DNA from: Octopus sinensis
Taxonomy: Eukaryota
Direction: 5' to 3'
Assembly (NCBI RefSeq): GCF_006345805.1
Contig: NC_043008.1
Span: 70,556,001-70,620,000, forward strand
DNA: 64,000 nt
Shown: one piece after another, positions 26,309 through 38,736 of the stretch
Position numbering within the stretch: position 1 is the stretch's first letter
Layout of the letters: every line of letters starts with the position of its first letter
Position numbers and translations under genes: made by a program
Notes under the pieces: generated by a model
Told to the model about the DNA's origin: nothing
The model's database searches: none
Seen by the model: only the letters and a program-made list of their open reading frames with translations

Positions 26309-28611
26309 ATGATCCTTGTAGGAATTCATTCTGGAAATAGGCAGACATCAAGGAATAAGACATCTGACGATGATCAGAAATATAACTTATTGAAGTATTT
26401 TCTTGGTATAAATATTGTAAATATAAGCTGTAGGCATGAGATTAATAACCTAGAAAATAAGGAACTGATTAACAATGACAAGAGCAACAAGTGATGTCAG
26501 ACATGTAGACATTTATATGCAAAATGAACTGGAAAATAAATGAATTCAATATCGAAAATTAATTCTTCAATTCATATTTCTTTTAGACGAAATAAATGAA
26601 TATGTTTATTTTGTTAAGTACTTTTTGTCACCTAATATTTGATGAAAAAATGCGTTAAGTTTCATTACCTGAAAACCGAATGACTTTAGTTAACGCACCT
26701 GATATGGTAGGTGAAGAAAAATGCAATAAAAAGTGAAAGCAAGTAAAATATTTTGTTGTTTTGTTTTTGGTGTATGTTGAAGAATTTTTAATAATATTAA
26801 AGTAACATAATGCTAGAAGTCATTAGGAAATTGAAAGTTAAAAACGAAATTATTAAGGTTACGGTACAACAATTGTATTTTTTGTTTTACTGTCTCTATA
26901 ATGTTTCAGTTTTGCGAGAAAGAGAACAATTATCAAGACTTGTTCGTTGATGTTAGTTTTTTAAATACCTTGGAAACCGGATATAAAAAACTGAGTAGGA
27001 TATAACTTTTTACCTGTTAGTATACGGATACAGTACCAATTCATAAATCCTTTATCATACCAGAAAAACAGTGATATTGTTTTGTTTTTGCTGCCCACGA
27101 AAGTCTCAAATGACCTATGTCCGGCTCATATGACCCGTGTCTACCTCAAATAACTCATGTTCACCCAGGTCAGTGATAGTGAGTTTGTTTAATCCTGCGT
27201 GTAGAAATTTCATTTTCGTTAATAATCCTATCTATGGAAAAGTAGTATAGATGCATTTTAGTTTAAGGTAAATACTTACAAATTAGTAGTTTATAACATG
27301 ATATTGTAGGAAGATATTTTTGTAAAGATACGTGGCTCACCACTGCTGATACTTATGTCTCTGGTTCGCCATGACTTAAGTGGAGTCATTAGCGGTGTAT
27401 ATTTCAGTTTTGGCAGAATCGCGGATCTAATGTGTAGTTAGTTAACACGTAATGCCGCGCTGACTTTTGTCATGAGAAACACTACCTGCAATGGGCCAGT
27501 GTACCATCGAGGGTTGATTTGTTTCTCATCAACGTAGTCAGGAAGACTAAAGAAAAGAACAATTACTTTGTAATTTGGAAACATATCAAGAATATAATAA
27601 ATACAAATTGTTGTAACAGTCAGAGTAGTGTAGGTGATAAGTTCCAGACGTTCTACACCTGGATTAAGGTGTTCTACGCCTGTTTCTCAGGTTTGATTGC
27701 AAGGGATTATTGATATGAAGGACATTTACTTAAACAATTAATACTATGTTTTTAGTGCCGAACTACCTATTACAGAAGACAGGCATCAAGACAGGTATCA
27801 AAACAGGCATTTCAGAATTGAAAGGACAGGAAATCTATTATAACTGCAGGGTGACATTAATTACAGGAAATCCCCGTTAATAGCAAAATCTTAAAACTTT
27901 TATTATCTCCTTACTAGAGGTAAGCAGTTTGTGGACACCTTGGATACATATTCTAAAGATCTTAAGGTTTTGGGTTTCTATTAGCGTCACCAACATAAAG
28001 GAAGTAGGGTAAAATTACATATTGATAACTCGTGTATAGGGATGAAGATCTTGAAATAAAGAAGTGTTTAGAGAAATAAAAGGAAACATTTGTAAATTAG
28101 AGGTACTGTCCGTTAATGTTCAGAATCTGGTGAGTATTTGAAATAAGGAAAAGTTGTGTAGACGGCAGTTTACTTAATAACAGAGGATGCTATACATCTT
28201 TTAAGATAATCTATTATGTCTGTTTGTAAAGGTAACTGCTTGAGATTCTATGTTTAATTCGGAAAGCAGACGGAAAATATAAAAGCATGGAGGCACGTAT
28301 GAAGAGAAGCATGGAGAAATGTAAAAACATAGAAAACTCTTGATAATTTTGCAGTGTTGGGGAGGCATGTCAAAGAACAGACCCTCCGTTTCCTTTGCGT
28401 GTCGTAAAAAGTGACTAAAAGAAATTTAGGTCGGATTGCGAATCCGACCTTGAAAACACACATCAGCAACAACTACCCAAATAAACCCATAAGTGGGTAG
28501 GGTGGGGTGAGGTTGTCGCCTGAATGGTGCAAAGGCGTCATCCGCTTGTCGTAGTGAGGAATCACTAACAAATGGTGGATGCAGTGACGCGCTGTTACAG
28601 CGCATGCACCA

Positions 28612-28697
<86 letters not shown>

Positions 28698-29387
28698 AGC
28701 AGTCTTAGCATCAACACAAAGTATTTTTGCATTCCTTTGGCTTGAGTTGTAATGGATGTTTAATCCAAAATAAATACGTTACAACGGAGAAATTATTCTA
28801 AACCGATGAGAAGGTAATTTGTGATTGGACAATCTATCAGAAATGACATCTTATTGCTTAATAATAGAGGGACACATTGGATAAGGTTGTCCTAGATAGA
28901 GTATGACTGAAAAATGGGATGATTACAAATGGAACAACTTTCATTATTGGTCCGCACAATTAGATCTCACCTGGGGTTAAACAACAATAGAATGCGAAAT
29001 CAATGTTAATTAGTATTCTTTGGATATATGATAATCACAATAACAACATTATAAAAGTACAAATTGTCTTCGATCAACATTTTTTTGATCGTCTTGGGAT
29101 TGTCTTCTTTACTTTCGCATTTCATGAAACGAATAAAGATTGCCAGTCAAAGTATGCGTCACTTCAGTACCTGTATTTTGGAAACAAACATTAATAAACA
29201 TAGATCCATATTTCGGTCTCAAACTTACCTTGTCAGAACTGGTTACATAAAACGAACTGAAGCAGACGGAGGAAAGACAAACAGCATTTAACAACTAAAT
29301 ATTTACCTTTGGTTTTTTTTTTCAAAAAAGCCTTAATGAATATCTAATGACTTTGCCTGAAATAAGATTTAAGGAGACAATAGTTAC

Positions 29388-29585
29388 CTGACCATGGTGC
29401 TAACGGACGGCTAGGGTCGTTTTTAAATGACTGGTTAGAAAAATTTTTGACGGTCACCACAATATTTTTATCCAAGTTTATGTCCTCTTGCCCGCGATTC
29501 AGGTGTTCGGTATTTGTGTAATTGATAAAAGGACGCTTTTTGTGTGTTCTATTCGCGGTTGGTGCCGGAGTTGTCCGTCTTTTTT
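29388..29585 (-). CDS. Probable next exon (phase 1/1) of the Ig gene: T/P-rich juxtamembrane stalk
   Basis: Long pyrimidine tract followed by TTTCAG (AG at 29587-29586); donor CAG|GTAACT at 29387. 198 nt, open. Joins the Ig exon as VLY-E-KRRTTPAPTANRTHKKRPFINYTNTEHLNRGQEDINLDKNIVVTVKNFSNQSFKNDPSRPLAPWS. Confidence 0.65.
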
Positions 29586-30248
29586 CTGAAATATCTTTCC
29601 ATAATGGTAGAAGACAAAAAGAAAAAGAAAAGCAAACGGGAAATTTTCTTAGTAATTCTTCAATGAATGTCTGTGAGAGGATGATATAATGGTAGGTTAA
29701 AGGGATATGGTGGTGGTGGTGGTGGTTGGGGAGCGATGTGACGGTGCTGGATGACAGAAGTGTGTTGTGGTGGTGGGCGAAAGTGGTGTGAAGTTTTCTT
29801 GGCAATTGAAGACGGGTTAATAACCAGAGTAGGGCGTAACTAGGAGTTAAGAGCAGGTTATTCAGTATGCAAACTTACTGGATGTAGTGAAGTGAAAAAT
29901 GCTTAATCGGTTGAAATTACATTCAGAAAGAGAAGAAACGTTACTGGCGTTATTGAGGATTCTTTACAAAATTAAAAAAAAAAGATTAAGCATTGTGTAT
30001 TTTAGCATGTACTTAACTATTTGTTCTCTGTGCAGATGGCAGTTTTATGTAATTCTCTAGTGTCACTTTTTAAAGTTGTGGCCTGGTAGTTGTATGTTAG
30101 ACTACGTGTTGCTAAGGAGGACTAATAAGATAGAGACATGTCTGCGGTTGTCACCATGGTAACCAAAGATCAGAATCACTCCTTTCCTATTACAATAATT
30201 CGTCTGAATTTCAGACAACTGGCTAAAGCCATAACATAAGACACTGAT

Positions 30249-30315
<67 letters not shown>

Positions 30316-30460
30316 AATACACAAGTTTGTGTGTATTTCTGGACGGTTTTGTATATTTAATGTGTGAATTATACTTTGTATGTGAGGATATGCGTATGTG
30401 TGAATGCGTATATGTTCTATGCGTGCATTTGGTAGATAGATGTCTGTAATAATATAAATA

Positions 30461-30709
30461 AATGCGCCCTTTTAAAGCCTAGACAGGCTCATGGGCCCGG
30501 TTTCTCAGTTTCAATGACGTATGTGTTCCCCAGCTGGACGGGACGCCAGTTCATCGCACCGTTACTCATTTTTGCCAGCTGAGTGGGCTGGAGCAACGTG
30601 AAATGAAGTATTTTGCTTAAGAATACAACGCGTCGCCCGGTCCAGGAATCGAAACCACAATCTTACGATCATGATGCTGACACCCTAACCACTAAGCCAG
30701 GCGCCTCCA
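30461..30709 (-). mobile_element. SINE family C
   Basis: tRNA head GGCTTAGTGGTTAGGG..GGTTTCGATTCC and the conserved central body. Confidence 0.87.
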
Positions 30710-32342
30710 CACAGATAGATGTCTGTACAGGCAGTAAATGTTTACTGAGATGTGCGTTGGTAATTATAAGAGAAGTGGTTTGGTAGAATATGGAGAGATA
30801 GCTGATAGAACAGTTGGTAGACGGTTGTAGAATTTGGAGAGGTGGTTGCTAGAGCCGTTGGTAAATTGGTGGGTAAATAGATGGTAGAATTGTATGTAGT
30901 AGTTTTAAAGAAAAGTGCATAGATTAATGTTCTCAGTGAGTAACCTGATGCTATACCGGCTGAATGTGAGTAGGTGATTGATAGAACAGTTGGCAGACGG
31001 TGGTAGAATGATAGGTGGATGGACGGCATAAGGCCCAAATCGGAATAGAGGATGGGGTAACAGATATGTGATAGAACTGTGGTTAGATGTATTGCGGAAT
31101 GGTCGGTGATGTGTGGTATAAAGGTAAATATATGGCGGGTAGTGATGTGAATAGGTACATGGTCAGAAGAAAAGGAGATAGATGAGTAGTTGAGTGTTGT
31201 CTACTTAGGGGTATTAATGGGGTAGTTGGGTCATTGTGCTGGAGTGTTTGTAGAAGCAACGTATATGGGTGTAAGAGAGAAAGAAAATACAGAAATATAG
31301 GTAGAAAGGGTGAAAAGTTGAGACAGGAATAACTAGGTAAATAATGATTAGAGTTGGTAGAAAATGTGAAAAATTTTTATAGGCCCAGCCTTACTGGTGT
31401 AGTTGTGGTGGCTGCTATTTAGATCGAAGTATATCAGTTGACTTTAACAGAGAATTCTTAGATAATAGATGATCCAAGGTGGAGAGGTTGTGTGGAGAGC
31501 TCAGCCAGGGGCTAATGGAAGTCACAGCGGTGGGCTATAAGGAAGGATTAGTAAATGTAATTGTCGATGCATGCATGATGTACGGAGGAATTTTTCGGAT
31601 GGAATCGGTGGATAGATGGATGGGACAATTCGTGGCTGACTGGACAGGTGAAAGAATAAGATGGATGGATGGTTGGATGGCTGGATTGATCGGTGGAAAA
31701 TGATAAAGGGTGCACAATTATAAAGAGTGGATGTTTGTAAAGAAGTGGAGGTTATAAAGAAAGGTAGATTAGGTGGTTTGAAATATGAATGGGTGCTTCG
31801 GTTGATGGACGGATGGATTAAGGGTAGAGGGGTAAGTTGAGGGTTGGATGGAATAATGAGTGATTGAGTGACTGAGACAATAGTCAAACGAATAAGCCAT
31901 GCAATGCAATGAATGTAGCAGACGAAAACTGTGATGACATAAACCTGTCTAGTCTACACCAGTCATGGATCAGATGGCTTCTATAGATTCGGTAGGGTTA
32001 TGCGCTATGATTAGAAGTATTTATATGATGGTTTGACAACCCCTTGAAAAAAAAATAAGGCCGCATGGTTTACTCAAAATAGGTGGGTTTCATGACTCCC
32101 AAGTCATGTCACGTGATTTACAAAATAAAGATCTAGTATACGGAAAACACATTATGCTAGAAATAGCAGTCAAGGCTTCAACGAATTACACCTTATCATA
32201 TTAATAAAAAGAAAGGATACAGTGAGTAATATAGTTTTTGATATGAACTATTCAACAGAAACATAGGATGCTCACAGGTGGAACACGTTTTGGTTTTTAG
32301 CATTGGTTTGTTCACCTAGGCCTGATCTGGAATTAAATATCA

Positions 32343-32650
32343 AACTGGCATTCCGTCGGTTACGACGACGAACGTTCCAGTTGATCCGATCAACGGAACA
32401 GCCCGTTCGTGAAATTAATGTGCCTGTAGCTGAGCACACTACAGACACACGTACCCTTAAGGAAGTTCTCAGGAATATTTAGCGTGACGAGGCTGACCCT
32501 TTGAAATACAGGTACATCTCATTTTTACCAGCTGAATGGACTGCAGCGACGTGGAATAAAGTGTTTTGCTCAAGGTCATAACGCGCCGCCGAGAATCGAA
32601 CTCACGACCTTACGATTGCGAGCCGAAAACCCTAACCACTAAGGCACGTG
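32343..32650 (-). mobile_element. SINE family C with a different 3' tail
   Basis: Same head and body as 30461; unrelated tail. Confidence 0.82.
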
Positions 32651-33471
32651 CAACAACAATAGTAACCACAACAGAGACTACAGTAGTTTGTAAGTATGGG
32701 GATCAGTTTGTCCCCTAAAACTTTTGAGTTCAAGTTCAAAGCAAAGCTGTCGTTGTATATGATATACAGAGAACTCAATACTGTTCGAGGATCTTCCATT
32801 CTAGGAATAAAAATAAGTTGCTAGGCACTGTGAAGTATTGAACAGTTCAATGCATAGAATTTACATTCACTTCAAAAATTAACTTTTTAAATTATCTCCT
32901 TTTTCTGAGAGAGTCTCTATTACGAGTAGGTTTTTGCCTACATTCTCTTACATGGAACTAAGTTTCAAAAAGCTAGAAATCAATTGCATGCAGTATTTAG
33001 TACCACACTTTTTAATCTTAATTTACCGAAATCCAAGCTATTGATTTTTACTGAGTTATTTTCCTTAATTTCATTTTATATTTAATCATGCATGTTTATT
33101 ATTGACCAAAAATATTCATAATTATTTATAAATCTATCCACAGATCTGCAGTGCTGAGTAAATTGTTCTTTACTGAGAAAACGAAATGGACCAAAACATA
33201 TTTTCCTTATTCTTCTTTGCCTGCTGGTAAAGATATTTAAATTATCTTCCTTTTTCATTGAGATTTACTAGCAATGATTGCAAGAATTTTGTTTCCTTAT
33301 TGCTCCCTTACATAAAAGAAAATTGCAATAAATGAAGAATTGACTGCCCACAACATTCTGTGCCTCATTCTTATATATATACATACAAACATACATTCAC
33401 ACACACGCATACAGACACATACACACATACACACACATGCACATATATATGTATGTACATATTTACATATA

Positions 33472-34714
33472 TTAGGCTGAGTAAAAAGAAAGCAACGTTT
33501 TGAAACACGAAATTCATCACAATATATTTCAATAATGGGGAAATTTTTGTTCATCAAAGTAAGTACCATTACAATCAACACATTTTTGCCAACGAGTTAC
33601 AAGTTTGTTTATTTCGGTAACATAAAAAGCTGGAGTTCTGGAGCTGATGAACTCTTTGAACACCCTTTCAGCATCAGTTTGATTTTTGAACTCCTTCTTT
33701 CACAGGAAACCATCAGGATGCTTGAAAAAGTGGCAGTGAGTAGGAGAAGGTATCTGGAGAATAAGCTGGGTGAGGAAGAACTTCGTAGCCAAATTCCCTC
33801 AACTTCTGGAGTGTCATTAGGGAAACGTATCGTCGAGCATTGTCAGGAAGAATGATTGGCCCTCTTCTGTTGACCAGCCTGGGGCGGAAGAGTAGCAGCT
33901 TTTCGTTCATTTTGGCAATTCCATGGCAATATGTTTCTGCAGTAATGGTTTATCCGAATTTAAAAAAAGTTATAGGGGATGAGTCCTGAAGTACATCACC
34001 AAACAGTCACCATAACCTTCTTTTTGAAGAGCTCGGGTTTAGGGAAGGTTTTTGGTACTTCGCTTTGGTCCCACCATTGCGAAGAACGTTTTCATTATTG
34101 TACAGAATACACTTTTCATCGCAAGTTACAAATGGATCAGTTTTGTTTCGGAGAAGAAACAACGAGCAAATTTCATATCGGCGCACTTTCTGATTTTCAT
34201 TCAAATCGTGTGGTATCCATTTGTCGAGCTATTTTGATTTTTCGATTGCATGGCAGTTTTCTGGCTAACGTGGAGTTCTTTTGCCAGTTCTCGGGTGGTG
34301 TTACATGGTTTCTTTCTCAATGACGGTCTTTAATTGACCGTCATCGATAACAGATGGGCATCCACTACGTTCCCGATCTTCAAGGCTCAGGTCTCCACAT
34401 TGTTTAAACCATTTTCAAGCTGACCACTCACCGGTCATTTCCTCACTAAACGTTTCGTTGATATCGCGAGAAATTTCAGCCGCTTTACGTCCTATTTTGA
34501 AGTTGAATAGCAAAATTGCTCGAATATCGTGCTTTGACATTTCCATTTCAGATGATTGTGACAACGGTGAAAAAAAATGTGAATGTTAATTTATTGATGC
34601 ATTTAGGTAAATCTATGTCCGTATTAACAGGGAATTTTTTTTTAAATGTTTAAAAACATTCAAAACTCTGCAAAAATCCGGTTCAAAACGCTGCATTCTT
34701 TTTACTCAACTTGA
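33472..34714 (-). mobile_element. Near full-length degenerate mariner DNA transposon
   Basis: 33-bp TIRs (TTAGGCTGAGTAAAAAGAAAGCAACGTTTTGAA at 33472-33504; 34682-34714 with 5 mismatches), TA on both sides. Transposase remnants VTCDEKCILYNN, PDNAR, LPHPAYSPD. Confidence 0.92.
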
Positions 34715-34758
34715 TATATATGTATATATATATGTACATGCAATACAAACATATAAAT

Positions 34759-34811
<53 letters not shown>

Positions 34812-35340
34812 TATATATATAATATATATATATATTGTGTGCACAGATAAATGTATGACTACTACTGTGAGAGTTAGAACTCCTCGAAGATTAACATTAT
34901 CTAGTTCGCTTATTTTACCACTGTACTCACTTGTGATATTAGTTATGATATACAAAGCATATGTAGTGGAAAATTACGATAATTACTTGTTATGTTTTTA
35001 TATGCGTATACGTTTCTATGCATGCATATATACATTATATATATATATATATGTATGTTTGTGTACATACATATGCATACATATGTATATGTATATAAAT
35101 ATCTGTATGTCTATGCACTGTAAATATTTGTGAGCGTGTGTATGTGGGCTTTGTCTGTATGTACACGTATAGTTGTAGGTTGCGGAAACGATTCTCTGTG
35201 TCAGTGACATTGTGAACTTCTGTACTAAATTTTATAAGCTTATATTTAATGATTTTCAACTCTTATGCTGTTTATTTTCTATTTATCTATTAGTTGTTAC
35301 CATCTTAGCATTGGGTCATACCCATTCATACATATTTCTT

Positions 35341-35563
35341 TACTACCCACAAGGGGCTAAACACAGAGAGGACAAACAAGGACAGACAAACGGATTAAGT
35401 CGATTATACCGACCCCAGTGCGTAACTGATACTTATTTAATAGACCCCGAAAGGATGAAAGGCAAAGTCGACCTCGGCGGAATTTGTACTCAGAACGTAG
35501 CGGCGGATGAAATATCAAAAAGCATTTCGCCCGGAGTGCTAACGTTTCTGCTAGGTCGCCGCC
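35341..35563 (-). mobile_element. SINE family A
   Basis: Full head, core and long tail in reverse. Confidence 0.88.
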
Positions 35564-35995
35564 AATCATACTTATCCACCTCCAAGTGTTATCTTCAAGA
35601 ACTGCATTGAAATACTGACCAATTACAATACACTCCCACTTCTTGCTTTCACACCTTCTTCTCCTACACACTTCCTAGCTTTTCTGTTCTTTCCTCCCTC
35701 ACCAATTAATCATTATGCATTCAATTTTCCCTAATTTTGCTGTTGCCCTTTACTTTGCATTTTGTTTTATTTTAAATATTTATAAATTACCCGACGATGT
35801 GTCTGATTTTGGATATTAGATATCTGTAACACAATGTTATAAAGTGTTCTCGCTGGCGATCCAGTGCAGTTAGGCATCCAAATGTACTTGGAACATCGAA
35901 TACTGAGTTCCAGATAACTGCAATAGTGAATCGTACGTAGGAACTCAATATTTATACTGATATTTATCTTAATTTTCCACTATATCATTTATTCA

Positions 35996-36034
<39 letters not shown>

Positions 36035-36177
36035 CAATTAAGGAACGGCCATAATATGGCCGTTCCTTAATTGTTAATGTTGAACTTAAAAATGGTCTAT
36101 GACTATTTAATTTTTTTCCCGCTGGGCCGCTGGTGGCAATAAAATTCTACAAAATTTTCCTTGCCACCCTATATTGA

Positions 36178-36236
<59 letters not shown>

Positions 36237-36346
36237 ATATATATATATATCGTGACGTATATTTGCCATTTCAATATGGCTAACCCCTAAGGGTGGATGC
36301 TACGATGTGTTACCGCTACTGTATATAACTCACTTTGATATTTATC

Positions 36347-36432
<86 letters not shown>

Positions 36433-36441
36433 CACATATAT

Positions 36442-36485
<44 letters not shown>

Positions 36486-36542
36486 GAAATATTAAAATAA
36501 CTAAGTCTCTCTAAAAGAGAACAGCGGCAGCGTTCCCGGAAA

Positions 36543-37016
36543 ATAATAGTTATCGCCATACTAATATGGCATTCTTATAAAAATAAGAAAAAAGCTGTCC
36601 GCTTATTAGCTCCATGAGGCCATCGCCTTAAGTTAGCTATTTGATACACAAACTGTATCCATATAACCTTCGATGGCCTCATGGAGCTAAGAGACTTAGT
36701 TATTTTAATATTTCTATTATTGAAAACAAGTGGATGTATTCCACCGAAACTAGGTAAATAAAACCATCGAACAGAGATTGTCGGAAGCGACACCTACTGG
36801 CTGGCTACGCTGCATTGAAAAGGGGCAATACCCCGAAACGCGTCTGTAGCTGCCGGTCAAGTAGTGTGGAGCGACTGACCTCCCTTGTTCGAAGGTTATA
36901 TGGATACAGTTTGTGTATCAAATAGCTAACTTAAGGCGATGGCCTCATGGAGCTAATAAGCGGACAGCTTTTTTCTTATTTTTATAAGAATGCCATATTA
37001 GTATGGCGATAACTAT

Positions 37017-37019
<3 letters not shown>
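36543..37019. repeat. 131-bp perfect inverted repeat (36543-36673 / 36889-37019) with nested shorter inversions
   Basis: Arms read as exact reverse complements. Additional inversions at 36606-36625/36671-36690 and 36480-36509/36691-36720. Confidence 0.92.
36809..36850 (+). ncRNA. Minimal type I hammerhead ribozyme motif, U3-A8 core variant
   Basis: GCTGCA-TTGAAAA-GGGG-CAATA-CCCC-GAAA-C-GC-GTC-TGTAGC: stem I (6 bp, one G-U), stem II (4 bp), GAAA, GUC cleavage triplet and palindromic ACGCGT stem III. Confidence 0.7.
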
Positions 37020-37048
<29 letters not shown>

Positions 37049-37371
37049 ATATAATATAATATATATATATATAGGTAGATAGATATGTATATATGTATGT
37101 ATACATACATATCCCTTTTTGTATATATGTATATACATTTTCGCTACATTGTGACTCGTTTCTTTTTGCATCTGTTATTTATTTATTATTCCATAAAAAT
37201 GAAGCTGTATCCCTTAATTTGCTGCCTTTCTATTCACAAACGAGAAGATCTCTTGCAGAACAGTCTTTATTTTAATGAGACACATCTACACCGACAGATA
37301 CATTTAAACTAATTGTGAAGGACTGATGCTAGATGGGTCGAAACAACTGTAGTGATTAATAAAAATTCTCG

Positions 37372-37545
<174 letters not shown>

Positions 37546-38517
37546 TTATCTATCTATCTATATGTCTATCTATGTATCTATTAAGTGAGTGGAAAAATAA
37601 AATGTATCAACAAAACAAAGTGCGCTTAAGCATACATAATGTGAACATGTGAGCAGATAGAACACAGGTAGAAATGTATGAAAATATGCACCACATAAAA
37701 TAACAAAGGAATGATTAAAACAAAACATGATAATACGAGAATATCACGTGCTCGCGCATGAAAGTTAAACGCCAATGCCATGGGAACTACAAGAAAATAA
37801 AACACATGAAATGACACACACACAAAAAGAACAAAACACATCAATTAAAAGAAGACAAAAGAACATTTGGGTTGTAAGACAACGAAACAAAGTGGTTAAA
37901 TTGGTACATGAAATAATCAGCAATTTATGGGAGAGAAATTGATGACACTGTTAAAGAAGTATAAAGTTACAACAAATAAATATTCGATGGGGTTGTAGCG
38001 AAATCTAGAATCGAAACCTTACAGTTTGATTAACTAGGATCAGGCAACTTGCAGGATTACCATCGCTTCTCCCATATTATAGAATGTTTTATCATTTTTC
38101 TACGATATAGCGCTTATAAAAGTGAAATTGCGCCAGACCTAACGCAGAGGTGGTTAAGGACTCGACGTATGCAGCTTGCTCTTGCGCGCTGCTGAGGTTA
38201 ATTCATCTGCAATGCATTTCTCCAAGAACGTACCGTGAACACAATATCGTTGCTTCTCATCACACAAGACGCCAGTGAATTCTTAGTCATAAACAAATCA
38301 AAGGCGCACTTCGGATGTAACAATCCCTTTAAACAGATAAATTTCCTTGCTCACAGCTCCACCCCAGGTTAAAAGAATCTTCAATTATGATTGGTAGAAT
38401 ATTATTCCCGCCTTTCACCCGAAGTCAGCCCTTTCTGTTATCAATGCAACGCGGAACTACATTTGCTTTGAATACACCAAAAAGCACTCCGGGAAACCAT
38501 TATGTAACTACGTAAAT

Positions 38518-38736
38518 ACTGATTTCAAATTTTGTCACAAGGCCAGAAATTTCGGGGAGAATAAGTTAAGTTGATTAGATCGACCCCGGTGCTCAGCTGG
38601 TACTTATTTTATCGACTCTAAAGGAATGAAAGGCAAAGTCAGCCTTAGCGGAATTTGAACTGAGAACGTGAAGACAGACGATATACCGCTTAGCACTGTT
38701 CCCGGTGTGCTAATGATTTTGCCAGCTCACCACCTT
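38518..38736 (-). mobile_element. SINE family A
   Basis: Full-length reverse copy. Confidence 0.85.

Noticed and set aside
28254-28472. Hydrophobic-ended minus-strand ORF considered as the GPI-signal exon
   Set aside because: No acceptor was found in a phase compatible with the upstream exons.
30640-30705. tRNA-like sequence with A and B boxes
   Set aside because: It is a SINE head continuing into a SINE body; no complete cloverleaf is evident.
37331-37353. Hammerhead-like CTGATGC..GAAAC..GTA
   Set aside because: A9 is substituted, stem II is poor and stem I does not pair; at most a dead relic.
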